Shown here in pieces: positions 12,301-24,140 of a stretch of 64,000 bases of DNA. Position 1 is the first letter of the stretch. Each line of letters starts with the position of its first letter. The notes below the pieces were generated by a model that saw nothing but the letters and a program-made list of their open reading frames with translations, did not search any database and was not told where the DNA came from. This DNA comes from Octopus sinensis (lineage: Eukaryota), in NCBI RefSeq assembly GCF_006345805.1, contig NC_043010.1, positions 18,972,001 through 19,036,000 on the forward strand, written 5' to 3'. The position numbers and the translations under genes were made by a program.

Positions 12301-12486
12301 ATACATTTTATTATTAGAGCTGCATAAACATTACGAAAATATCATAAAAAACTGCTACTTAGACTTTCATGTTCTCGTGCATTGGGCAGTTGTTATCGTG
12401 TCTGACAAACGGGAACATGAAACTCTGAGTAGCAGTTTTTTAATGATATTTTTGTAATGTTATTGCAGCTTTAATAATAAAGTATG
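12301..12486. mobile_element. Fold-back Penelope-like remnant with degenerate hammerhead
   Basis: Arms 12301-12378 and 12409-12486 are near-perfect reverse complements. CTGACAA..GAAAC-TCTGA-GTA at 12402-12431. Confidence 0.7.
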
Positions 12487-12542
12487 TGTGTGTGTGTGTG
12501 TGTGTGTGTATGTATAGGAAAGGAATATGAGAGTTAACTTAC

Positions 12543-13669
12543 TTTAATTCATCTTCCCTTTCTTTCATTTCTCGTAATTCCTGTTCAATAAGGCTGCCAG
12601 CATTGCTCTTAACTTCTCGGTATGAAAATGTAGTTGACACTTTTGGCTTCTGAATTTTAAAATTAGGGCCAGTAGATTTTTGTGGCTCCACTGATGTTGC
12701 TACTGTGCTAGGACCATCAACACAATCTGTATCTTCTGGGACACTGTCTACTGAAGCTACAGATGACTTTCTAACAGTTGTGAAGTTTCGTTTCGGAGTG
12801 ACGGGGGACACCTCTCTGTATCTTATCTGTTCCCCCATTCGATCCACTGAAGTTGTGTTTATTCGCCCACTGTCTCGCAAACTCACTTCTCGTTTGACCT
12901 CCTTCTTTATTTCCTCCTGAAGACGGCTTGAAGCAATTTTCTTCATTGTGACGCCTTTGTCAGTGTTGTTCTTTAATGAAAATTTTGGTTTCACTGATAC
13001 CTGGCTCTTTTTATCTTTGCTCACCACAACAGAGGGCTTTTTCTCAACAGGGACCCCCTTATCAAGTCTGAACTGCATTTCTCGTTCCTGTGCCAGACGG
13101 ATTTCTCTTTCAATTGGTGTCTCAAATGGATTTACTGTTGCTGCTGCTGCTGCTGCTGCTTCTGTGCTGTTCTCAACATTACCATTGACCTTATCACTCT
13201 CACATGACACTGATGCAGCCTCAGTAACCTTCTCTTCCACCGTACACTCATTGACAACATTCTCTGTTGGTTCTTCATCTGCCATTTTCATTTCAATCAA
13301 ACTCTGTCGCATGCGTTTCAGTTCTGCCTCCCGTTGTCTGATTTCTTGGAGTTCTTGAGCGATTTTGCTCGTAGGAGGGATTCGTAAAGGAGAACCAAGT
13401 TTTTCTTTTGGTGGTTCATTCACAGGTTTGTCAGAGCTCAAGGTGGAACTATATACACAGTGAAAGTCAGCAGAATCAGTCTTATCTGTGTTGTTGTTGC
13501 TGTTGTTGTTGCTGTTGTTGTTGCTGTTGTTGTTGTTGTTATTGTCATTGCTATCAGTTTTGTTGTCGTCGGAGTTGCTGGATCTTCGAGCAAAATTTTT
13601 TTCTTTTTCTTTCTGCAAACGTATTTCTGTCTGGACCACAGTTTCTCTGTATTCCACTGGTGTCTTCGT
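12543..13669 (-). CDS. Large internal coding exon (1127 bp; phase 0 in, phase 2 out) of the same MISP/AKAP2-family-like protein
   Basis: Acceptor TTTTTCTCTTTGATTCTAG ends at 13670, then TKTPVEYRETVV... in the 372-aa ORF frame. Contains ETPIEREIRLAQERE and SLIEQELREMKEREDEL, which resemble MISP3 'ETPIEREIRR..EREESL' and AKAP2 '[21 protein letters not shown]' (recalled motifs). Donor AA|GTAAGT at 12542. Confidence 0.92.
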
Positions 13670-15644
13670 CTAGAATCAAAGAGAAAAACACAGATCAAAA
13701 CTCATGTAACCACATTACACATAAATGCACAAACACACACACACAATTATATATAATAACAAATTGCAAAGACAGCATCAGCCCTTATAATTTCTCTCAC
13801 CATCACTTGCTACAGCCACCTCTTTTCCATCTCTAAACATCTCCCCTCATACTTTTATCAAACATTCCCCCTCTATCCCCTCTGTACCACTTATATTCAT
13901 CTCCATTATACTCTATGGGTAGGTCCTGATTCATCTCCACCACCATTGATTTCTCTCTCTCCTTCTCTGTCCCTTTGTCTTTCTGCCTAACTCTATTTCT
14001 CTTTCCTCTCCTTTATTTTCCTACGAGGTGGAGGTGGGGTTGGCCAAATAAGATAACCAAGTCTGTCCCTCTATTATAGTTTAATCTCTCATCTGACACA
14101 AAGCCACCTCCCTCAGTACCATGATCGCTCTCAGCCAAGGGGGCCTTTGTCTTACAAGTTACTTGGCAACCCCACTGGTGTTGGTGCCATGCAAAAAGCA
14201 TCAGAGCCAGTACTACATGAAAAGCACCCAGCAACACTCTGTAAGGTGGTTGGCATTAGGAAAGGCATCCTGCCATAGAAACCGTGCCATTGAAACCCCT
14301 GGTGCCGGCTCCTGTGAACCCATCCACACCCATGACTGTTAATGATGATGATGATGATGATGTGTATGGAAATCATATACGAAGTGTTTAATTAATATAT
14401 AATTAATTTTGCTGTAAAACTATAACCTGTAGAGTTCTGATGAGTATATCTAATTATGTAAAACATGACTTATTCTTTTCTAATCTAGGCACAAGGCCTG
14501 AAATTTTTGGAGAGGAGACCAGTTGATTAGACTGACCCCAGTACGCAACTGGCACTTAATTTATTGACCCTGAAAGGATGAAAGGCAAAGTCGACCTTGG
14601 AAAACATAATTTACTGGAAGAGTAATGAAACTTACATAATCGTACAAAGTGTGGAGCTGGGATTCAGCAGCAGAAATACTGACGCTTGTATTTATGAATA
14701 CATATGTGATTGTTTAGTTTTGGAATGACATTGTAGGGTCTTATGACTGAAGCCGAAGATAAAAGAGAGAGGGAGAGGGAGGGAGGGAGGGAGTAGTGTT
14801 GTGTGTTGTAAGGTCTAAGATTGGTACACTTTGAACGTGTTCTGTTCTCGATGCAAGAATTCCACAGAAGTCCACCAAAGATTTTCTCTTTTACCAAAAT
14901 TTTAGATTTCACCCATGTTGATGTCATGTAAAAAGCACTGGTGCTGGGGCCACATAAAAGCACCCCTGTGTTAGGAAGGATATCCAGCCATAAAAACTAT
15001 ACCAAAATAGACCACAGGAGCCTGGTGCAGCTCTCCAGCCATGCCTGTTCCTGTCAAATTGTCCAACCCATGCCAGCATGGAAAATGGACATTATCGTGC
15101 CAATAACATTATAAATGATTTTAGCAACAATGTCATGTCACATGGGAAGATTATACCTTGCAGGTACTTTTAGTAAGCAGCTGATAATAAAGCAGTGGTG
15201 CTATCAGCACTCGTATGGCACTATCGACATTTTTATCACAGAGACGTTTGGAAGTCTCCATATCTCTTTTATTGATTAGGAAATGAGGAGCTGTCTCTTA
15301 CTCCTGAATATCAAAGCCATATCCCTCTTAGTGAGTTGCAATGTATCTATAACAGATCCCTGCTTCTCCTATTAATGTTCCTGGTATTCTCTGATTTACG
15401 GGATATCCAACTTTCTGCTGGTATGGTGAGTGTTTTTCTATTTACGTTAGTTTCATTCACTTACCCTTGCATCCTAGGCATGCTTGTATGTTTTCTTGGT
15501 TTTATATTTTAGAATTTCTCACCAACAGAGCAAGATTTTAGTCTGGAAACAAAGCTTTTTCATTGAATTTGGGAAAACGTTAAGTAGTCTTGTGTCTGTG
15601 AGTGTGTGAATGTGCATTCATTAGCTATCCTAAGTATGTTGTTA

Positions 15645-15875
15645 GGTGGCGAGCTGGCAGAAATGTTAGCACACCGGGCGAAATGTGTAGCCATATATCG
15701 TCTGTCTTTACGTTCTGAGTTCAAATTCCGCCGAGGTTGACTTTGCCTTTCATCCTTTCGGGGTCGATAAATAAAGTACCAGTTTCGCACTGGGGTCGAT
15801 GTAATCGACTTAATCTCTTTGTCTGTCCTTGTTTGTCCCCTCTATGTTTAGCCCCTTGTGGGTAGTAAAGAAATA
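15645..15875 (+). mobile_element. Near full-length family 'B' SINE
   Basis: GGTGGCGAGCTGGCAGAA (A box)...GAGTTCAAATTCC (B box)...GCCTTTCATCCTTTCGGGGTCGATAAA...GTACCAG...GCCCCTTGTGGGTAGTAAAGAAATA. Confidence 0.9.
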
Positions 15876-16994
15876 TATGTTGTTGACTTTGTGGTCACAA
15901 ACTTGGTCAAGTTAGTTACTGGTTTGTTTCTTCTGCTACAGATATTGCTTCAGTGTCAGTCTGTGCTTCATATGTCATTTATACTTATTCGAGACCAAGG
16001 CTACTCCTTGCACAGGAAGTGTAGCCTATCTACATCTGCATTGATGCTGAAGTTTCCAGTATCACCGAGCATCTGGCACGAGTTCATGCATCTATCTTAT
16101 TGAGTTTCTCCAGTGACCAGTTCAGAAGGCCAGATGTGGGTGTGAGGAGGGACACTACAAAGGTATTGTGAGCAAATTGCTTGTAAGCTGAGAGTACAGG
16201 TGACCATATCTTTTTAACTCTCTTAAAGCACTCAATCCTCGTCCTCCCATATTGATGGGGCCATCATAGCTGAGATTCGGTCCATCATAGCTGAGATTCT
16301 CATCCTGTTCAAGGTCCTTGTAACTTTCCCCAGAAAGTGAAGACTGTATTTGTAGATTATTCATTTTAATGTCTTGAATGCAGCCACAAGTTTGTCCAAG
16401 TTTTACCACCAAAAACGCATATTATGCTTGTATGTAAGAATATTAACATGGATGCATGTACGTGTGTGCACGGCCATAGCTGTCATTATATGTGTGCACC
16501 TGTGTATTTCAACTTACATATACATATACAAACATATGTTTACACATTTATATATGTGTGCCTATTATTGTTACTTGCTAAACTTTTAAACTGTTTTGTA
16601 TATTTTCACAGTTCCTTTGATGGCTTGTAGTTGTAATTTCTTAATTAGTTGTGTTTTTTGCTATTTTGTGAATGAAGCCTAACGTCTAAAAGTTTGTTGC
16701 TGGGGCAGTTAATTACATTACCAATTGCCCCTAATAATTACAGACTTAAATTCTCAGCTGGAGGAATTGCAGATTCCTTATCAGTTTGGCATTGAATTTT
16801 TCTTTTTCATTAATCTTTAAAATTATGTTAATGACTGCAGAGTAACTGATTTCCAAAACTGTTCAGCACAATGTCTTTTCTTTGCCTCAAATCAATATAC
16901 CTGATTCTTTATAGTATATCCTAGTCTTGTATATATGTATATATGTCTGTTTGTAATGTGTCTATATTTATAAAGATATGTGTCTGTGCATATA

Positions 16995-17160
16995 TTTGGT
17001 ATATGTGTTTCTCTCCTTGTTTATTTCTGTGTTCCTTTCTACTGAAGAGTGTAGGCTCAAAATGTAAAGGATTTTCTCACTTCCCGAGCATTAAACTAAT
17101 ACATCTGTTTGTTGTTTACACACCCGCCTTCGTCTTTTGTATTTTTCATAAATTCTCACT
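16995..17160 (+). mobile_element. Short Penelope-like monomer with degenerate minimal hammerhead
   Basis: TCCTTT-CTACTGA-A-GAGT-GTAG-GCTC-AAAAT-GTA-AAGGA at 17033-17071. Homologous to 36010-36190 and 53570-53730. Flanked by TA-rich runs. Confidence 0.65.
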
Positions 17161-17699
17161 ATATATATATATGCATGCTCAGGTCTTATTATGCTCAACT
17201 TTGTCTCTCATTCTTTCACGTTCAGCAAATTACCTGTCCAGAACTGGTGTTGGTTCCCCGTCTCTTTCTCTCTCTCTCTCACCTCTCCCTCTCTCTCACC
17301 TCTCCCTCTCTCTCCTTCTCCTTGTCCCACTGCATCATGCTGATTTAGCCCGAGAGAACCACGTTAAGGGTACACACACCTGTGGAATACTCTGCCACAG
17401 TCAGAAATTCAGTTTTATCGAATGACAGAATGTTTATCATTAAGACTGACAGAGAATCCACTTGCATGTATGTGAATGATTGTGTTGTTGTGTAGATGTG
17501 TGTCTGCATATCTGTTAGTGTATGTATTATATATAAGGGGGGAAATGGCAGAGAGAGAGTAAAAAGAGAGACAGGTTTCCTTAAAAAAAATCCAGAAATA
17601 TGAAAGAGCGAAATTTCTTATTTGTGAATGCAATATAATAGTGATATAAATGAAATAAATGATGATGATGACAAGGAGGAGGAGGAGGAGGGAATAATT

Positions 17700-17968
17700 A
17701 ACCTCTGGAAACATGGGTGTTTTGTTCATCATCCTTAACCAAACCTTATCCAGGGATCTTTTGAGCAGGATGGGCTACTCAACCTGAAGAAAATTCTAAC
17801 TGGGCCCCCACCTGCAAGGTCATGCACTGTGTATCTTGATATAAGGTCACCATGTCGCACATGTGCTTGGTGTACCCTCATCAGATGGGTAGTCATGATG
17901 AGTATACTGGGCTTCGTATATTTTACCCCTGTGTCACTTTGATGGCAAGAACTGTTCTCTCACTCAAT
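17700..17968 (-). mobile_element. Partial copy of a (TAA)n-associated repeat (family 'D')
   Basis: Reverse complement of part of 25279-25780. Abuts an (AAT)n run. Confidence 0.75.
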
Positions 17969-17981
17969 AATGATCATAATG

Positions 17982-18034
<53 letters not shown>

Positions 18035-18136
18035 CCTACATAAAACACTTTCAATACAGTAAAAATAAGAGACCCACAACAAACCACAGCACATACCTAA
18101 GAGCAGTGAAAGCAATTGATAAAAATATGACTACTG

Positions 18137-18177
<41 letters not shown>

Positions 18178-19758
18178 ATAGTATATTTATAATTGATAGT
18201 ATGAATTATTTATGTTGCATAATATGAACAATAATTTGTTGGGGATGAGAAAGAGTAAGCAGGGATGGTCATTTATGGAATGGTGTATATTGTTAGAATA
18301 TGGAAACCAGTCAGAACAAGGAAGAAAGAATAAAAGAGGGACAGTGAAAGGGTGAGGAGAAAGTAAGCGAAGAAGGAAAGAAAAGGATACATACAGATGC
18401 ATATACACATGCATGCAGACACACATACATTCATACATGCATATAGACACACATACATTTACATACATACACACATGCATGCATACATATACCCATTCAC
18501 ACACACACACACATACATGCATGCATGCATATAGACACACATACATTTACATACATACACACATGCATGCATACATATACCCATTCACACACACACACAC
18601 ATACATGCATGCATGCATGCACATGTATACAACCATGTAGGTGCAGACATGGCTGTATGGCGGAGAGGTTCACTTTCGAGCCCTGTTTATTCAGGTTCAG
18701 TTCCACTGCATGGCATCTCAGGCAAGTGTCTTCTACTATAGCCCAGGTATCTTTGGCTTCAGTCATAAGACCGTGGCCATGCTGGGGCACTGCCTTGAAA
18801 CATTTTAGTTGAACAAATCGACCGTAGGACTTATTTTTTTGTTTAAGCTTGGTACTTATTTTATCAGTCTCCTTTGCCAAACCACTAAGTTACAGAGACG
18901 TAGACATGTCAACACCAATTGTTGAGTGGCAGAGGATGGGGCATAAAGACATACTCTTTCACACACACACATATGATGGGCTTCTTTCAGTTTCTGTGTA
19001 CCAAATCCACTCACAAGGTTTTGGTCAGCCTAAGGCTATAGTAGAAGACACCTGCCCAAGATGCCACACAATGAGACTGAACCTGGAACCATGTGGTTGG
19101 GAAGCAAGCTTCTTACCACACAGGCAAATCTGAACCTTCTCTCTTCATTAGTAAACACAATTCTGCCCCTCTTCTTCCATCTGTATCATTTCTTCCGGAA
19201 GTGGTAAGCAGCATTGATAATACCAAGAACCATCCAAATTATTTGAGCTGCACACTCCTCCCCCCACCACTTGCTCATTGTGTTCATATCACAGTATCAG
19301 GTATGTTTGCTCTCCTTTATCATCGACCCTCAGATGACAGACCTGGCATTGTCTTTGTTTCAAATTTTCTGTGACAAATAGAACACAGAATTTGGTCAAG
19401 GGCTTCGTGAACAATGATTCTGCTCTTTTGCATTTGTCCCAAATGAATTTTTAATCTGGCAGTGGATCACATGACCAAAGGACAACAGATGGACATTCAG
19501 GGAGATGGAATGGACACCAAGGCAATGGACAAGTTCAAGGGGCTGACCAAAGACAAAATGGGGAGATGATCCCGCCCTCTACCTGGGGGCCAACATGGCC
19601 ATGACTGGTCAGTAACAGACAGCAGTGGCAGGGGTCCAGGGAGGGGTACCTCTTTCAGAAGCAATGAAGCCCTGGAGAGGTTGGAAGGGAAAGTAGATGA
19701 GTACATGTTTGGACATAAATGACAGCATGCCTCCAATGGGAAGGATGGGAATGCATAC

Positions 19759-20113
19759 AAGGCGAGCTGGCAGAAACGTTAGCACACCGGGTGAAATGCT
19801 TAGTGGTATTTCACCTGCTGTTACATTCTGAGTTCAAATTCCGCCGAAGTCAACTTTCCCTTTCATCCTTTCGGGGTCAATAAATTAAGTACCAGTTACA
19901 CACTAGGGTCGATGTAATCAACATAATACTTTTGTCTGTCCTTGTTTGCCCCCCCCCCCTATGTTTAGCCCCTTGTGGGTAATAAAGAAATAGGTATTTC
20001 GACTGCCACTATGTTCTGAGTTCAAATTCTGCCGAAGTCAACTTTGCCTTTCATCCTTTCGGGGGCGATAAATTAAGTGCCAGTTACGCACTGGGTCGAT
20101 GTAATTGACTTAA
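19759..20113 (+). mobile_element. Family 'B' SINE followed by a partial tandem second copy
   Basis: Full copy to about 19995, then the CTGAGTTCAAATTC...GTCGATGTAATTGACTTAAT segment repeats. Confidence 0.85.
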
Positions 20114-20495
20114 TGGTGGTGGTGGTGGTAGAAGTGTAGTAGTTGCGAGTGGTAATGATGGTGGTGGTGGTGGTAATAATAGAGGAGGCACATTTGTGAG
20201 TGATGATAGGGAGATCCAGTCATGTTGATGGCAGAGATGTAGTAGTTACAGTGGTGGTGGTGGTGTTGGTGGTGGTGGTGTTGGTGGTGGTAGTGGTGGT
20301 AGTGGTGACAGAGAGGTAGCAGTAGTAGTAGTAACTGTGGTGTTAATAGTGGTGTTGGTGGTGGTGGTGCCAGGGTGACAAGGCAACAGTGTCAGTCACA
20401 AAGTGACAGTGGTTTGTAAGTAAGTGACCCCCCCCCCACCACCACACACCCGGAGATATATAAGCGGGGTGAAGAGTGTTTACTTGTTTTTTCTC

Positions 20496-20530
<35 letters not shown>

Positions 20531-21074
20531 ACCTGACCAGGTAAAACTGGAATCTCACCAAGTTCAAAAATAGATCAAACAACAACAACAACAGCAAGTA
20601 ATGTTATATCAGTAATGGAAATATTTTAACAATTTCACTTGAAAAGGAGAGCGAGGGTGGGGGAAGGAGTTGTACCCCACTCACCTCACCTAACCATGGA
20701 ACAGAGGATTCAATAATCGAATAGATAGGGTCTATAAAGTAGGTAGGTCATATAAGCCTAGTCACATTCTTCTGTAGCTATACACCAAAGGTTTCGTAGA
20801 TAGCAATCATTTTAAATACACCATATATGCAGGTGTGTGTGTGTGAGTATCATCATCATCATCATCATCATCCCTGTTTAACGTCCACCTTCCATGCTGG
20901 CATGGGTGGGATGGTTTGACAGGAGCCAGCCAGGGAGAACTATGCACCAGACTTCTGTGACTGTATTGGCAGGATTTTTACAACTGGATGCCCTTCCTAA
21001 CACCAACCACTCAGCAGAGTGGACTTAGTGCTTTTTACATGGCACATACATACATACATACATACAAACATACT

Positions 21075-21570
21075 TCAATGACTGGCATCTGTGCTAGTGG
21101 GGTGCAAAGAGCACCATACGAGTGTGATTGTTGACAGAGCGGCTATTCGAGTATGATCGTTACCAGCGTCGCCTTACTAGCACTTGTGCCTGTGCTAGTG
21201 ATCGTTGCCTGTCTGTGCATGATCGTTGCCAGAGCAGCCAACTGGCTTCCGCACCCGTGGCATGTGAAAGGGCACCATTCGAGCGTGATCATTACCAACA
21301 TCGCTTCACTGGCACCTGTGCCGGTGGCACGTGTAAAAAGATTCGAGTGAGGTTGTTGCCAGTGCCGCCTGACTGGCCCCCATGCCGGTGGCACGTAAAA
21401 AGCACCCACTACACTCTCCGAGTGGTTGGCGTTAGGAAGGGCATCCAGCTGTAGCAACTCTGCCAGATCAAGATTGGAGCTTGGTGCAGCCATCTGGCTC
21501 GCCAGCCCTCAGTCAAAATCGTCCAACCCATGCTAGCATGGAAAGCGGACGTTAAACGATGATGATGATG
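21075..21570 (+). mobile_element. Family 'C' element with internal tandem units and (GAT)n tail
   Basis: Matches 58300-58605 closely. Confidence 0.85.
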
Positions 21571-21588
21571 ATGATGATGATGATGATA

Positions 21589-21626
<38 letters not shown>

Positions 21627-21747
21627 TTAAAAAAATCCACCTTTTCTCAATTCAAAATGAAAAATTAAATTACACCATCTAGAAAATTACATATAATAGA
21701 AAGATTAAATATATGATAAAAAATATATAATATTCCCGCATATTATT

Positions 21748-21785
<38 letters not shown>

Positions 21786-22360
21786 TGTATGTATGTATAT
21801 AAAGGTTACAAACCTCATTAAGGGATAGCAAAATCGAACTATATAAACTGTGGTTTAGATATATTTATTTATTATAATCTGAGAAGAAAATAGAGAAACA
21901 ATTCTTTTCTACACTAAGCACAAGGCCCAAAATTTTGCGGGAGGGGCCAATCGATTAGATCGACTCCAGTATACACCTGGTACTTAATTTATCAACCCTG
22001 GAAGGATGAAAGGCAAAGTCAACCGCAGCGGAATTTGAACTCAGAACGTAAAGACAGATGAAATACCACAAAGCATTTCACCTGGTATGCTAATGTTTCT
22101 GCAAGCTCGCTGCCTTAAATAGAGAAATAATTAATAAATTATTATTAATTTATTAAAAAACTGACAAGCATCTCTTTCAGCTGTTTCAGTTCAAGACCTT
22201 CAGAAAATTAATTAATAAAATTTTAAAATTATTTGGAAGTCGAATCTCATCAGGGGTAGATAAAGATATAGGTGTTCAATTCTTGCATCTTGAGTAAATG
22301 GCTGCAAACCGTTAACTATTAGCAGGAACTTCGTAGAGGTGGTTGGGGTAACAGTATTAA

Positions 22361-22812
22361 TAAAATAGGAGGTGGAATGTGTAATAGACTTTATTGGGTA
22401 CAAACATGTTTTGACCCATTCTGTCTCACTGGAGATTTCTTGAGCCAGCAGTAAATCTACGGATAATGACAGGTAGTTAGTTAGTTAGTCAAAACTGTGC
22501 CAGTGCTTTACTCATCATCCATTTATACATTTTTTACAACTTCTCCATTATTAACTACCATCACCCGTAATACGGATGAAGGTGCTTGAAGATGGAAAAA
22601 ATGGTATTAGATGTCTTACTCAAAGACATACCCATACCAGATAGAAAAGAATGCAAGAGATTACTTCTTGAGAAGACCAGGCAATCTAAGCTGACTCAAG
22701 AAATCTCTAGTGAGACTTTCTTTTTATTGATGTACCTGAAGAGATCCAGTACAGGTCGAAACATGTTGTATCTGATAAAGTCAATTGCACATTCCATCAC
22801 TTACTTTATTTA
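22361..22812. mobile_element. Fold-back Penelope-like element; right arm has an intact minimal hammerhead core
   Basis: Arms about 22361-22449 and 22690-22812 are reverse complements, the left arm lacking the segment that holds the core. The interior translates ECKRLLLEKTRQS, weakly like a PLE GIY-YIG C-terminus. Confidence 0.7.
22732..22771 (+). ncRNA. Candidate minimal type-I hammerhead ribozyme
   Basis: GTAC-CTGAAGA-GATC(CAGTACA)GGTC-GAAAC-AT-GTT-GTAT. The core is intact, stem II has 4 bp with the G-C first pair, stem III is minimal with palindrome AACATGTT, and stem I has 4 bp. Confidence 0.55.
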
Positions 22813-23319
22813 TACTATGTGTGTGTGTGTGTGTGTATCATCATCATTATCATCGTTTAATGTCCGCTTTCCATGCAGGCATGGGTTGGACGGTTTGACT
22901 GAGGACTGGTGAGCCAAAAGGCTGCACCAGGCACCAATCTGATCTGGCAAAGTTTCTACAGTTGGATGCCCTTCCTAACGCCAACCACTCCGAGAGTGTA
23001 GTGGGTGCTTTATATGTGCCACTGGCACGAATGCTTTTACATGTCACCATATATATGTATATATATGAATGTGTGTGCATATATATGTATATCCTGTTGA
23101 GGCAAGTGAAGTCAAAATTGAATTCGAAATCGAACTTCACCTGACGACTGGCACCCATGCCAACCCTCTTCATTGGACACTAAACTCTGCTTGCGAAGAC
23201 CTGTTGGGGCAAGTGAAATCGAAATCGAAATTGAACCAATCCTATGACTGGCACCCGGCAGTTGCCAGTGCCGCTGGACTGACTATTGTGCAGGTGGGAA
23301 GTAAAGAAACACTGTTTCG

Positions 23320-23705
23320 ACCCTGTGCTTGAGGAGACCTATTGAGTCAGGTACATCAACATCAAAAATAAATGGAAATTGTAGTTCTGATCCTTGTGCC
23401 GGTGGCACATAAAAAGCACCATCCAAACGTGGCCGATGCCAGCGCCGCCTTGACTGGCTTCCATGCCGGTGGCATGTAAAAAGCACCAACTGATCATGGC
23501 TGTTGCCAGCCTCGCCTGGCACGTAAAAGGCACCCACTACACTCATGGAGTGGTTGATGTTAGGAAGGGCATCAAGCTGTAGAAACACTGTCAGATCAGA
23601 CTGGAGCTTGGTGCAGACTTCTGGCTTCCCAGACCCCGGTCGAACCATCCAACCCATGCTAACATGGAAAACGGATGCTAAACGATGATGATGATGATAT
23701 GTGTA

Positions 23706-23737
<32 letters not shown>

Positions 23738-24140
23738 GTTCGATGACTGGTATCCGTGCTAGTGGAGCACTAAGAGCACATCCAAGCGTGATCGTTGCCA
23801 GAGCGGCTAACTGGCGATTGTGCCGGTGGCACATAAAAAGCACCATTCGAGTGTGATCATTACCAGCATCACCTTACTGGCACTTGTGCCAGTGTGCAGG
23901 TGACATGTAAAAAAACACGATGTTTTCGTGGCCGTTGCCAGTACCACCTGACTGGCCCTCATGTCGGTGGAATGTAAAAGTGCTCACTACACTCTTGGAG
24001 TGGTTGGCATTAGGAAGGGCATCCAGCTGTAGAAACACTGCCAGATCAAGATTGGAGCCTGGTGCAGCCATGTAGTTTGCCAGTCCTCAGTCAAATCATT
24101 CAACCATGCCAGCATGGAAAGCAGACGTTAAATGATGATG
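23320..24140 (+). mobile_element. Two consecutive family 'C' elements separated by (GAT)n/(TA)n
   Basis: Each ends AACCCATGCTA/CAGCATGGAAA...GTTAAA.GATGATG. Confidence 0.8.

Noticed and set aside
12705-13836. Plus-strand ORFs overlapping the large exon
   Set aside because: Antisense shadows of the real coding exon and its AAC repeat, with no protein-like features.
15645-15735. tRNA-like A/B boxes (also at 38845, 58764, 62598 and 11712)
   Set aside because: These are SINE heads that continue into SINE bodies, with no complete cloverleaf.
19200-19750. Possible decayed LINE endonuclease region (LLYHRPSDD…)
   Set aside because: Only a weak single-motif resemblance.
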